Origin: Escherichia coli | GTDB taxonomy: Bacteria; Pseudomonadota; Gammaproteobacteria; Enterobacterales; Enterobacteriaceae | DNA length: 64,000 nt | NCBI RefSeq assembly: GCF_041248615.1 | Contig: NZ_CP158426.1 | Direction: 5' to 3' (one strand) | Part shown: positions 1 through 9,477 of the stretch, one piece after another | Layout of the letters: each line of letters starts with the position of its first letter | Position numbering within the stretch: the stretch's first letter is position 1 | Program-made: the position numbers and the translations under genes | Notes under the pieces: generated by a model | The model's database searches: none | Seen by the model: only the letters and a program-made list of their open reading frames with translations | What the model was told of the DNA's origin: nothing

Positions 1-47
1 CAGGCCGGACTATGATGCCGGATGCCGACAATTAACGGCTCGCTCAT
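1..47 (-). CDS. yehM: 5' end of yehM-like CDS (partial; continues past window start)
   Basis: ATG at 47 on the minus strand, 10 nt after the yehL stop, with GGAAAG upstream. Reads MSEPLIVGIRHHSPA and stays open to the window edge. Position fits yehL-yehM synteny. Confidence 0.5.
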   Translation of the reverse strand, partial: MSEPLIVGIRHHSPA

Positions 48-57
48 GCATCTTTCC

Positions 58-1146
58 TCACGGCAGGCGGTGGCGAGCTTGATAATAAGCCTGCCAGTGA
101 GCTTCTTTATGTGTGGCGACGCGCTGTTCGAAGTAACGGCGCAGACGCGCGCGATCTTCTTCGTTATCTTTAACGATGGTTCCGGCAATACAGTCCACCA
201 GGTCGGCAGGCTCCCCCGCGCGATTCGCTAAAAACCAGGCGCGGACGCCCACTGCGTGGGCCACGTTCACGGCTTCAGCGGTGGACATAATTGCCGTCAG
301 GGTATCCATTGACGTTTTCTTTTCGCCGTTGGCACGCAGATCGCGGAAGGTGCGGACCAGTAACTCCAGTACCGCGTCAGGCACTTTATGCGGAATACCG
401 CTATGGGCCAGCAAACGCGCCGAAGCACTGGCGACCAGTTCCAGCTCCTGGGCGAAATCCATAATCGGAAAGACGGTTTCAAAATCGAAGCGACGCTTTA
501 GCGCGGCACTCATCTCATTGACGCCGCGATCGCGGGTATTGGCAGTGGCAATAATATTAAAGCCTTCCCGCGCATAGAGCTGACTGGCTTCACCGGTGAG
601 TTCCGGCACCGTCATCACCCTGTCAGAAAGCATACCTAACAGACAGTCTTGTACTTCCAGCGGTGTACGTGTTATCTCTTCAAAACGGACGATTTTGCCG
701 TCGCGCATTCCCTGGTAAAGCGGGGCAGGGACCAGTGCTTCCGTTGACGGACCATGGTTGATAAGCAGGGCGTAGTTCCAGCCGTACTTGATTTGATCTT
801 CAGTAGTAGATGCGCCGCCCTGGATGGTTAACCCGGCATCGCCGCTAATAGCGGTTGCCAGTAATTCAGACAGGAGAGATTTTGCGGTGCCAGGTTCCCC
901 CACCAACATCAAACCGCGCCCGGTGGCAAGAGTGACTAACATACGTTCGACAGCGGAGGGACTAATCACCACTTTACGGCTAATATTTTGCGCTCTATCG
1001 CCAAGGATAAAAGCACGGGCCGCAGGCAAACTTAACTGCCAACCGGGCGGGCAAGGTGCGTTATCATTTTGTTTTAATTTTGCCAGTTCATCGGCGTATA
1101 ACACAGCAGCAGGCGGACGCTGCAGATGATTATTCTGCGGTGACAT
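58..1146 (-). CDS. yehL: MoxR-like AAA+ ATPase YehL
   Basis: ORF 58..1212. The internal Met at 1146 (MSPQNNHLQRPP) gives 362 aa. Walker A GEPGTAKS and Walker B-like IVRFEEITR are present. The 22-aa upstream extension was rejected. Confidence 0.9.
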   Translation of the reverse strand: MSPQNNHLQRPPAAVLYADELAKLKQNDNAPCPPGWQLSLPAARAFILGDRAQNISRKVVISPSAVERMLVTLATGRGLMLVGEPGTAKSLLSELLATAISGDAGLTIQGGASTTEDQIKYGWNYALLINHGPSTEALVPAPLYQGMRDGKIVRFEEITRTPLEVQDCLLGMLSDRVMTVPELTGEASQLYAREGFNIIATANTRDRGVNEMSAALKRRFDFETVFPIMDFAQELELVASASARLLAHSGIPHKVPDAVLELLVRTFRDLRANGEKKTSMDTLTAIMSTAEAVNVAHAVGVRAWFLANRAGEPADLVDCIAGTIVKDNEEDRARLRRYFEQRVATHKEAHWQAYYQARHRLP

Positions 1147-1255
1147 ATATTCATCCCTGAAATGTATTAATGAAATAAACGATATTTTACGCGCAATAAA
1201 TGTTTGGCGCATTAGTTGTTTGAGCGAAAAATATCTGGAAAGCAGATCACAGTAA

Positions 1256-1338
1256 ATAAAAAAACCTGCTGGTGAGGCAGGTTCTTTTATTTACTACAGT
1301 GACGCTAACTTGCTGATTGTGCAACATTTCGTACCAAC
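1256..1338 (-). ncRNA. Candidate antitoxin-type sRNA (divergent from the small ORF mRNA); ends are predicted, not measured
   Basis: Minus-strand promoter TTGCAA (1373-1368), 17 nt, TATAAT (complement of 1345-1350). Intrinsic terminator stem 1263-1269/1277-1283 followed by U5AU3. The first 17-18 nt are complementary to 1487-1504. Confidence 0.45.
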
Positions 1339-1344
1339 GAATAA

Positions 1345-1395
1345 ATTATAACCATATCCACACTCCATTGCAATTCAGTGAATGAGATTTATAAT
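1345..1395. promoter_or_regulatory. Back-to-back divergent sigma70-like promoters sharing a palindromic -35 TTGCAA
   Basis: Plus strand: TTGCAA 1368-1373, 16-nt spacer, TATAAT 1390-1395. Minus strand: the same TTGCAA, 17-nt spacer, TATAAT (complement of 1345-1350). Confidence 0.5.
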
Positions 1396-1576
1396 CCTGC
1401 CCGTTGGGAGGTTGTGCCGGATCGGACCAATTTTAAGTCCTGGCTGCTGGACGGGTGGTGCCGCAGGCGGTGCCCTGATCCGGAGAGCAACGTTTCGTAC
1501 CAACATACGTAAACCAGTATCGACAGGCAGTGTAAGGGTAAGGTGCTGGTGTTGCGCTCCTTAATAAGGAGAGCGG

Positions 1577-1666
1577 ATGGACACGCTGACACAAAAGTTA
1601 ACCGTGCTCATTGCTGTACTGGAGCTATTAGTGGCTCTGTTACGGTTGATTGATTTGTTGAAGTAA
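1577..1666 (+). CDS. Candidate 29-aa hydrophobic/amphipathic small protein (type I toxin-like)
   Basis: ATG 1577, TAA 1664-1666, product MDTLTQKLTVLIAVLELLVALLRLIDLLK. AGGAG at 1567-1571 lies 5 nt from the ATG and pairs with CUCCU at 1557-1561. Below the 60-aa cutoff of the ORF track. Confidence 0.45.
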   Translation: MDTLTQKLTVLIAVLELLVALLRLIDLLK

Positions 1667-1687
1667 CGGGCAAATTGAAACGCATCT

Positions 1688-1713
1688 AAGGGGGAATACC
1701 GTTTCCCCCTTTA
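1688..1713 (+). terminator. GC-rich hairpin terminator after the small ORF (also abuts the yehK stop)
   Basis: AAGGGGGA (1688-1695) pairs with TCCCCCTT (1704-1711), 8-nt loop, followed by TAATAAA. The U tract is short. Confidence 0.5.
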
Positions 1714-1719
1714 ATAAAG

Positions 1720-2025
1720 CTATTTTTCTATTTGTTGGTTGAATATATTTTGTAGTTCGCGATTAAAAATTGCTATTACAGTTTCAGGTGATTCACCTCG
1801 TAATTTTCGCTCATCAATAAACTCATCTCTTATATAAATCAACGCATCATTTATTAGCGGGTCAGCATCATTAAATGTTGGACGTAGCCGGAATCGTTCC
1901 AGTCGATAGACGGAACCTGTAAATAATTCAGAGCGTTTATGGATCTCAAGCCTGAAGGAAAACGGCTCTTCAGGTACAGGGGCCTCATAATCGTAAATAG
2001 TGATCAGCTCTTTTTGCACGATCAT
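1720..2025 (-). CDS. yehK: Small protein YehK
   Basis: 101-aa ORF directly downstream of yehI on the same strand; synteny. Confidence 0.8.
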   Translation of the reverse strand: MIVQKELITIYDYEAPVPEEPFSFRLEIHKRSELFTGSVYRLERFRLRPTFNDADPLINDALIYIRDEFIDERKLRGESPETVIAIFNRELQNIFNQQIEK

Positions 2026-2085
2026 CGCTTTTCCCGGTGGCAGGTCGTGTTAATAACGAGCAGTCGCATCACTGCCCGCTGTGTT

Positions 2086-5000
2086 TTAATGGAAAATGAC
2101 GTCGGGTGCGCTTAACGCCTCACTCAAATCAAACACATCAAGTTCGGCAAAAGTGACGGATTTATTCTCACGGTATACATGAAGAGAACGGAAGCTCATT
2201 AGCGCTTTGCTATCAACATTGTAGTGGTTAAAACCGGATGAAAACTTAAGGACCAGCCGGTACTCGCCCAAGTCATAGACAAATGCGTTCTCATAGCCTG
2301 ACTCCCAGCCTTTGTATCGCAATCCCATAAGTTGCCCAACGGTAGCAGATTTACCTTCCCAGCGATTCAAACTATTACTGGCTGACTCGTCAGGCGTGAG
2401 CAGCACCGTGCGGCGCGACAATTGGCGAAAAGGCGACATAATTTCGTAATCGGCAAAAAGCTGTGCAAATTCACTGCGCATTTCTGCTGTCATTTCTAAC
2501 GGGTGGGCAATGCCAATCAGAGCATCGGCAGGCAGGTCAATTGGCTCATCTTGCTCATTGCAGAACTCCCCCTCAGCGGCCACACGAAAGGCGTTGAGTA
2601 AACAACGCGGTTCATTTGCCGGATAAACACCCCATATCAATCGCTGAGTAACCAGGCGGGTAAAGGGATGATTAATAAACAGAGAATGAAAATCTGCCAG
2701 CGACCAGCGTCGGGTGGTGCGCAGGGCAGTTTCAAGACGCGGGAGCAGGTTTTTGCTCACCTGAGTAGCATCTTTTTTTAGCCCTTTTAGTCGGGCCAGT
2801 GCCTCGGGTGCTTTCAGTTGATCGTCATCGGCGCGCAACCGGGGAACGCTTTTCTGGCGAACGTTTTGCTGATCAAAGATAACCGGGTTGAGGTTTTCAT
2901 CGAAGCGAACGGTAAATTGCCGTGGACCAAAATCAAAAATCAACGCCTGCGGATCATCAAGACCCAGTGTTGGGACTAATCTGTCCGCTAACTGTTCCTG
3001 GCTTAGCCCGCGATTTTCTGCGACCACCTGAAGAAATTCCGCCGCGTTATCACGTAAGGGGCGGGATTTCGCCCGTTGCGATATATGATGCAGCTGCATC
3101 AGCGCCATATCATTATTCATCAGGGTAAGGATGTTCAGGCCACTGACAGCACGGGCAGATTTGCCTTCTTGTGGCCAGGCGAGGATCTGTGTCGTTAGAT
3201 CCCGTGTCGTGCTTTCGTCACCAAAGAGACTTAACGCCAGAAATGCCCAGTTGTCTTTTGCGGGGGCACCAGCTTGTTGCCACGCAGTGAAGAGATCCCA
3301 GGCAAAAGCTGCCAGCGTTTGTGGCTGGCAGAACGTTTTCAGTTGTTCCAGCCCGCTATAAAAACGTCCGCCTTGGGTAAAGCGCAGCATTTCGCCGATA
3401 ATTTCCAGAGCGTCATCGGTAACAGGCTGATTATTTGTGATAAGGCGCGGCCTGGACCGCATTTGCGGCTGCCAGAAATCAGGGGCTTTTGGAATGCGTG
3501 TCGGGTAAATCTCTATTGGACTCTGTTTAAGTAATTGCTCCAGGGCAGGCCATACATCTGTACGCTGCCAGCGGTTTGCCACGGTTTGCAGTAACTCGCC
3601 ATGTCCCTGTTCGTAAAGTAAACGCAGGGCAAGTAATGCAGCTTCGCTATTATCGCTGGATTTGGTGAAGACAAGAGGGATAAGTGCAGTAGCTGTATGT
3701 TCCGGCCAATGTAAAATCCACTGGCGAGCCAGATCACGCTGCGCCGCGAAACGTCGCCAGACGCGGGCAACGGGCAGGGCCAGTTCTGTTGCGCCAAAAT
3801 TTAAAATTAACGGAAATGTTTCTTTTGGACGATGTGAAAAAGCCAACAGCAGACCTGGTAGAGCATCCAATCCGAAGATACTGAGAAAATAGTCCTCACC
3901 CGCAGACAGATGCTTTTTCTCATTGATACGTAGCCAGAAAGTCAAAGCCATCTCACGCGGCAACTGCGCCAATAAATACAGGTTCCAGATACTCTTTTCC
4001 CGACGATAGCGTGAGTAGCTGTCATTTTCCCATATGTTAATGAACACTTCTACGTGACCGTTGCGAAGCGCCTGTTCTGCTAATTGAGCTTCCGGGGAGC
4101 TCCAGCCATTCATGATCTCTTCAACCCGCCCTGGGTAGTAATGCCACTGAACAATGAGTGAATTGCGTGCAGCATCCAGTTTTCCGGGGAGTATATAATT
4201 CAAAAACAGCCATACATCATCTCCAAAACCCAGCTCCTGTAATACAACTCGTCCACTTTTTTGTTCCATGCGTTCCGCAAGAGATTCCGTGCTGAAATAA
4301 CGGGCAGACTCAGTGGCGGCAAGCCTCTCTTGTTCGCCTGGTTGCCAGTAAACTTGCGGGGTTAATTCGAGCGGTGCCAAATCAAGACGTGGAGCTGTCA
4401 TTTTTTTCTTACTACGCCACGGTGGTGAAACGAGGATTTCAGGCAGATTGCTGTTATCGGTGCCATCAATAACCGGTTTGGGCGGTGCCGATAAATAACT
4501 ATTCAGCACTGCCCGGGCTTGAGTACTTAACCACGGCATCACTTCTGCTGCCAGTTGTGGCTGCGATGCCATCAGCGTTTGTAACAGCGTACGCCAGTAT
4601 TCATCACGTGCTTTTTGCTGTGCAGGCAGCTTTTTGTCTTCGATGATTGGATAACCAGGGCGCGTAGGTGGTTCTTTTAGCGCCAGCAGTTCTGCCAGTG
4701 CGGCAAGCGTCGCATGGGGGAAATTTTTACTGTATTTAGCTACACGTTGCAGGCTGGGTTTGTTTTTATCAGCAACTAACAGCAGGGTGCGGATGACCTG
4801 CGGATGGTTAATTTGTACCAGCAGACTGCCGCAATCTTCTTTATGGGCATACATTGCCAGGCGTGGAACGGCTGCCAGTCCTTGTTCGCGCAAAAGGGCA
4901 GCGCAGGCCGCGTAGCCGAAGTGGTTTTCATGCGACATGTAGCTGGCTTCCCGATCGCTAAATATATCCTGGCTCCAGTAGCGTTCGAGTTTTCTCACCG

Positions 5001-5718
5001 CTCTGGGGTCAATAGCAACAACTTTTAACCACTCCTTAGAATGAAAATGAGTCCACGGGCATTCAAGGCTTACCAACTCATTGGCGATTTCTGGTTTTTC
5101 CGGGAGGATCAGAGCAATAAAAGGGCGGCGAACTTTGGTTATTCCTGGCAGTGCGGCAATGAGTTTGTCGGCGCAACGCTGCCAGCTGCTTTCCTCTGCC
5201 AGAGAGAGATGCTTACGCAGTCGGAGATCGAATTCGTTATAGGTTTCTGATCGATAACCATAGCCATAATCCTCGTTCTGATACTGCAATGTCACTAGCA
5301 GAGGATCACTTTCATAACATCGTGTAATAAACTGGCGTGCAATCACCACCTCAGTCGCATATTCCAGTCCCTCTTGTTGGACGATTTCGTCGAGCAACTG
5401 TTGGCTATCATTTTGCGCGATACAGGCTAGCGCCGCCATTGTCCGGGCCGGAACTGAGGGTTTGTGTTCGCCAATCAAGTTGATGGCCTGCGTAATGGCC
5501 GACTGCCACTCCAGTGAAAAATTATCATAACGCCAGACAATGTTTTTTTTCTTCTCAGCTTTTTGTAGCAATTCATCACCCAGTGTCTGGATGAGGCTTT
5601 CAGTGATAACAGGCACCGGTTCGCCCGGCCAACTGCGATGGCTGAGCGGCGTTTTGCCTTTTTTATATTTCAGTTCCACTTGGGCGTTATCCGCCAGCCA
5701 CGGTAATTCCTTGTCCAT
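2086..5718 (-). CDS. yehI: Large uncharacterised protein YehI (DUF4132-type C-terminus, paralog of MolR)
   Basis: 1210-aa ORF. Long collinear similarity to the next ORF, e.g. RLRKHLSLAEESSWQRCADK vs RLRKHLALAEETLWQRCVDK and FGPRQFTVRFDE vs FGPRQFTVSFDE. Confidence 0.9.
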   Translation of the reverse strand: MDKELPWLADNAQVELKYKKGKTPLSHRSWPGEPVPVITESLIQTLGDELLQKAEKKKNIVWRYDNFSLEWQSAITQAINLIGEHKPSVPARTMAALACIAQNDSQQLLDEIVQQEGLEYATEVVIARQFITRCYESDPLLVTLQYQNEDYGYGYRSETYNEFDLRLRKHLSLAEESSWQRCADKLIAALPGITKVRRPFIALILPEKPEIANELVSLECPWTHFHSKEWLKVVAIDPRAVRKLERYWSQDIFSDREASYMSHENHFGYAACAALLREQGLAAVPRLAMYAHKEDCGSLLVQINHPQVIRTLLLVADKNKPSLQRVAKYSKNFPHATLAALAELLALKEPPTRPGYPIIEDKKLPAQQKARDEYWRTLLQTLMASQPQLAAEVMPWLSTQARAVLNSYLSAPPKPVIDGTDNSNLPEILVSPPWRSKKKMTAPRLDLAPLELTPQVYWQPGEQERLAATESARYFSTESLAERMEQKSGRVVLQELGFGDDVWLFLNYILPGKLDAARNSLIVQWHYYPGRVEEIMNGWSSPEAQLAEQALRNGHVEVFINIWENDSYSRYRREKSIWNLYLLAQLPREMALTFWLRINEKKHLSAGEDYFLSIFGLDALPGLLLAFSHRPKETFPLILNFGATELALPVARVWRRFAAQRDLARQWILHWPEHTATALIPLVFTKSSDNSEAALLALRLLYEQGHGELLQTVANRWQRTDVWPALEQLLKQSPIEIYPTRIPKAPDFWQPQMRSRPRLITNNQPVTDDALEIIGEMLRFTQGGRFYSGLEQLKTFCQPQTLAAFAWDLFTAWQQAGAPAKDNWAFLALSLFGDESTTRDLTTQILAWPQEGKSARAVSGLNILTLMNNDMALMQLHHISQRAKSRPLRDNAAEFLQVVAENRGLSQEQLADRLVPTLGLDDPQALIFDFGPRQFTVRFDENLNPVIFDQQNVRQKSVPRLRADDDQLKAPEALARLKGLKKDATQVSKNLLPRLETALRTTRRWSLADFHSLFINHPFTRLVTQRLIWGVYPANEPRCLLNAFRVAAEGEFCNEQDEPIDLPADALIGIAHPLEMTAEMRSEFAQLFADYEIMSPFRQLSRRTVLLTPDESASNSLNRWEGKSATVGQLMGLRYKGWESGYENAFVYDLGEYRLVLKFSSGFNHYNVDSKALMSFRSLHVYRENKSVTFAELDVFDLSEALSAPDVIFH

Positions 5719-5727
5719 GCTCTTTCC

Positions 5728-8700
5728 TTATTCAAACAGGGCTTCAATATCGTTAATGAGTTCGCTGGCGGTGATGTCGTCGAGCACGGAGAACTGCGCT
5801 TCCTGAGTTGAATTACTCCCCCAGCCATAGCTTTCCGCTTTGCCTTCCCATAGCCACAGCTTGCTTAAGACCTGCTCAGCGCTAAGATCGGCTGGTGACA
5901 TACCCACCGCAAAACCTTCGTCGATTTCCATGATTAACGACCAGCGACCGAGAGGTTTGATCATCCATCCGATCCAGCCTCCATCCTGTGGTTCGCCCTT
6001 TATCCAGCCTTTATTTGCCAGCCCCATGACCCGGCCGCTCGGGCATTTTCTGCCTGCCCAGCGGGTCAGTTCGCTGGCGTTGCGCTCGGCTTCTGTCAGG
6101 GCGTAACTGTTACGTTCAAGCTGACGGAACGGTGGTAGCAGTTCGTAGTCGGCAAAAAGCTGACCAAAGGCGACAGCATCCGTCGGTGATATTTCCAGAA
6201 CGTGAGGAATGCCGATAGAGATATCGCCTTCCTGCAAGGTGAAAAGATCATCGTCAGCGGTGCTGTAGCTGTTATCTTCCGCCACCCTAAAGCACGCCTG
6301 TAGCTGGTTTTCGGCGCTATAAACGCCCCAAATCAGACGGCGGGTTAAGTGACGAACCAGCGGATGCTCAACCAGGAAGAGCTGAAAGTTTTCCGGCGAC
6401 CAGCGGCGGCGCAGGCACATGGCGGATTCCAGCCTTGCTACCTGCTGGGCGGCGACGGTACGCGCATCTTTTTTCAGCAATTTGTAGCGGTTAACAGCAT
6501 CGTTTGCCTGTGATTCATCATCGCTTTTATTGGGTTTAGGTAAGTCTTTCAGGCGGCTGCCGGAAACATCGCGCACAAACGGTTTTAAGGTTTCATCAAA
6601 GCTGACGGTGAACTGCCGTGGGCCAAAATCCAGCAGCAGCGAACCGTTATCATCCAGACCGAGATCCGGTGCTAACCGGTCTTCAAGCTCCGGCACCGTG
6701 AGTTCGCGGCTCTCGGCAATGTCGGCAATTTTCTCTTTCGCCCGCTCCTGTAAGGCTTTGAATTTCAGTTTCTGGGCGATGCCGTTAAGCTGCATCAGGG
6801 CGATATCGCTGCCGATAGCGGCGAGAATATCCAACCCAACGGTGGCACGTTTATGCTGAGATTCGCCAGGCCAGGCGCGGATTAATGGCGTCAGTTTGCG
6901 GGCGGTGTCATCGTTACCGAGAACGCCTAACGCAGTGAACGCCCAACTTTCTTTCGACGGCGCGCCAGCGGTCTGCCAGGCGGTAAACAGATCCCAGGCA
7001 AATTCAGCCAGTGAGTCGGCGGTACAGGCATCTTTCACCTGCAATAATCCCGGATACAGCGCCTCCTCCTGATGGAAGCGGAGCATTTCACCGAGGTGGA
7101 GGAGGGCGCTATCTGGCAGTGATTGGGCATTTGCTTTTAATACCGGGCGGGTCCAGATCGATGGCTGATAAAAGGCCGGAAGAGTGGGGATTTTTGTCGG
7201 GTGATTATCTAAGGGATCGAGCGCAAGCATAGCGTTCACCGCATCTGTTACTTCCGGCTGGTTATAACGCCGGGCGATTTCTTGCAGTAATGGCTGATGA
7301 TCGTTTTCGATAAGCATACGCAAGGCAGCGCGGGCGTTATCCTGGGCTTCACCGGCTTTGCCGAGCGCCGCAGGCAGTAGGCCGGTAATGGCGTGTTCCG
7401 GGTATTTCAGCAGCCAGGTGCGGGCGTCTTGTCGTAGGGTTTTGAGTTTGTTGAAGGCGCGGGCGATCAGTGGCGCTAATTCGATAGCCGCAAAATATTG
7501 TGCTACAGGCAGAGCTTCTTGTGGATAGCGTGAAAAGGAGTGAATAAAACCCTGTAACCCAGCGAGTTGCAGGTGCGTCATGACAAACTCGACACCGACG
7601 TGTGGCTCTTTACTGAGGACATTCCACGCCTGCGCTGTTTTTTCGATAGGCAGGGCGGCTAACATGTAAAGCTGCCATTCCCGTTGATAGGAGTGCCAGA
7701 AGGTTTTAAATTCGCTGATTAGCGCAGAATAATCTCCCCTCTGCCAGAGTTCTACAACAGCATCAGACGCTTTCATATACTGGCCATTATTCCAGCGATT
7801 GAAACCCAGACGTGTCAGGTAGTTCTGAATATCCTCTTTTTGGCCGATGTCTATTTGATGTGCGTGCCAGCGATGCCTTGCATGAATCTCTTTTTCTGCC
7901 GTCTCGGTCAATGTGCAGCATGACTCCAGCGGTAATGGCGTTAAATCCAATACCGGCATTACAGATTTTTTCTTTTTCGAAAGCCAGGGCGGTGAGACTA
8001 ATACGGCAGGCAGCATATCGGCGCTGGCATGGTTTGAGGGCTGTGTCAGTTGTTGCTGGCATGATTTCAGCACTGCAACTGCGGGTGTTGAGAGCCAGGG
8101 AGTGACCTGTTCTGCTAGTGCCGGTTGCGAGATAAGCATCGTCATCAGCATAATGCGCCAACTATTCTCTTCTTTTTGCGCAAGAAGTTCCGCCAGTGCA
8201 GCCAGTGCTGCGTGTGGGAACGCAGCGCAAGCCTTAGTCATTCGTTCATGGCAGCGTTTAGTTTTGCCAGACACACGTATAAGTAGCATTAATGCTTGTG
8301 GGTGATTGATCTCTTCGAGAATACTTCCACAAAGATCAGCATAAGCATAGGGGGCGAAGCGAGCGATTCCGGCAATCCCTTGCTCCTGCAAAACGGTGAC
8401 ATTCCAGATGCAACCATGGTAATAGTCATTAAAAAGGTCGTACGCGCAATAAGATTCCAGCGCTTTGAGTAAGAAAGATTCTTGAACAACAAGTTTCAGC
8501 CATTCAACAGTTTGGACATTTTTCTGCTTCAGTAACCGTCGTGCGACTTCTTCTGCAATCTCCGGGCGTTCCGGTAGCATTAGCGCTACCATCGGTTGTT
8601 GAACGGGAGGAATATCAGGTAAAGCTGTAATGAATTTATCTACACAGCGTTGCCACAAAGTTTCTTCTGCAAGAGCCAAATGCTTACGCAGTCGAACGTC

Positions 8701-9477
8701 AAAGGGGGTAACACAATGTGCATGGTTTAATAATGGCTGAAAAGTAATGTGTATGCTTGTTCTGTGATAAGTGCAATCGAACGAGATATATTGCATGGCA
8801 ATAAACATATCCACGGCAAATTCTAGTCCGTAGACATAGACAATTTCATCCATGAGTTCAGGGCATTCGCCCCAGAATTTACGTGAAACCAGAACAACCT
8901 GTACAGCCAACGCAGCAGGAGAAAGTGGACCATTAGCGAGAGCTTCATTGATATTCTGCTGCCAGTTAGCAGAACATGCACTGAAATCGTATGTTGTTAT
9001 TTTTCCTGATAGATTATGAATATCCTGACCTAAATTCATAAGGAGGCTGTCTTGTGGTTCGCTTACAGCATCCCCAGGAAAACGTCGGGAAGGTAAGGCC
9101 TCCTGAGACTTTTTCTCCGATAGATGGATAGGGGAATCATCTGTCAGCCACGGGCATGGTGTCTCAGCAGGTTCAACAACCATACTTTGGTCAAATACGA
9201 CTGTGGTTTCTGCCACGCCAGTTGTATCTACTTCGATCGTTTCTATTTTGATTGCGGGTTGGGATGGCGAAGATAATTCTTCCACATACCCCTTCTTCAC
9301 CTTCTCCGCAATCAGCTTCAGTTCCGCTTTTTCCGCCGCCGCAGCATCTGCAAAGCTTTTTACCTGACTTTGCCCGTTAGTGCCGACTTTACCCCAGTTA
9401 ATATGCAGCTCGTTTCCCTGCTGCTCCACCGCCCAGAATTTATGTGATTTTTCGTCCTGATAGATAAAGTGTTTCAT
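5728..9477 (-). CDS. molR: WGR-domain/DUF4132 protein MolR (YehH), intact
   Basis: 1249-aa uninterrupted ORF. N-terminal WGR-like motif KFWAVEQQGNELHINWGKVGTNGQ. A 9-nt gap to yehI suggests an operon. Confidence 0.85.
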   Translation of the reverse strand: MKHFIYQDEKSHKFWAVEQQGNELHINWGKVGTNGQSQVKSFADAAAAEKAELKLIAEKVKKGYVEELSSPSQPAIKIETIEVDTTGVAETTVVFDQSMVVEPAETPCPWLTDDSPIHLSEKKSQEALPSRRFPGDAVSEPQDSLLMNLGQDIHNLSGKITTYDFSACSANWQQNINEALANGPLSPAALAVQVVLVSRKFWGECPELMDEIVYVYGLEFAVDMFIAMQYISFDCTYHRTSIHITFQPLLNHAHCVTPFDVRLRKHLALAEETLWQRCVDKFITALPDIPPVQQPMVALMLPERPEIAEEVARRLLKQKNVQTVEWLKLVVQESFLLKALESYCAYDLFNDYYHGCIWNVTVLQEQGIAGIARFAPYAYADLCGSILEEINHPQALMLLIRVSGKTKRCHERMTKACAAFPHAALAALAELLAQKEENSWRIMLMTMLISQPALAEQVTPWLSTPAVAVLKSCQQQLTQPSNHASADMLPAVLVSPPWLSKKKKSVMPVLDLTPLPLESCCTLTETAEKEIHARHRWHAHQIDIGQKEDIQNYLTRLGFNRWNNGQYMKASDAVVELWQRGDYSALISEFKTFWHSYQREWQLYMLAALPIEKTAQAWNVLSKEPHVGVEFVMTHLQLAGLQGFIHSFSRYPQEALPVAQYFAAIELAPLIARAFNKLKTLRQDARTWLLKYPEHAITGLLPAALGKAGEAQDNARAALRMLIENDHQPLLQEIARRYNQPEVTDAVNAMLALDPLDNHPTKIPTLPAFYQPSIWTRPVLKANAQSLPDSALLHLGEMLRFHQEEALYPGLLQVKDACTADSLAEFAWDLFTAWQTAGAPSKESWAFTALGVLGNDDTARKLTPLIRAWPGESQHKRATVGLDILAAIGSDIALMQLNGIAQKLKFKALQERAKEKIADIAESRELTVPELEDRLAPDLGLDDNGSLLLDFGPRQFTVSFDETLKPFVRDVSGSRLKDLPKPNKSDDESQANDAVNRYKLLKKDARTVAAQQVARLESAMCLRRRWSPENFQLFLVEHPLVRHLTRRLIWGVYSAENQLQACFRVAEDNSYSTADDDLFTLQEGDISIGIPHVLEISPTDAVAFGQLFADYELLPPFRQLERNSYALTEAERNASELTRWAGRKCPSGRVMGLANKGWIKGEPQDGGWIGWMIKPLGRWSLIMEIDEGFAVGMSPADLSAEQVLSKLWLWEGKAESYGWGSNSTQEAQFSVLDDITASELINDIEALFE

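Noticed and set aside
58-1212. Long N-terminal extensions in the ORF track (yehL +22 aa, rcnB +60 aa, fbaB +24 aa, mdtA +49 aa, metG +3 aa, mrp +10 aa, yegP +13 aa, yegR +20 aa)
   Set aside because: Internal Met codons give the protein N-termini I recognise, or place signal peptides and lipoboxes at the N-terminus with better SD spacing. The extensions are upstream in-frame read-through.
1284-1299. LexA-box-like 16-mer CTTTTATTTACTACAG near the candidate type I TA (tisB is SOS-regulated)
   Set aside because: The critical CTG half-site is CTT. The sequence lies inside the predicted sRNA body next to its terminator, not over either promoter. This is not enough to call SOS control.
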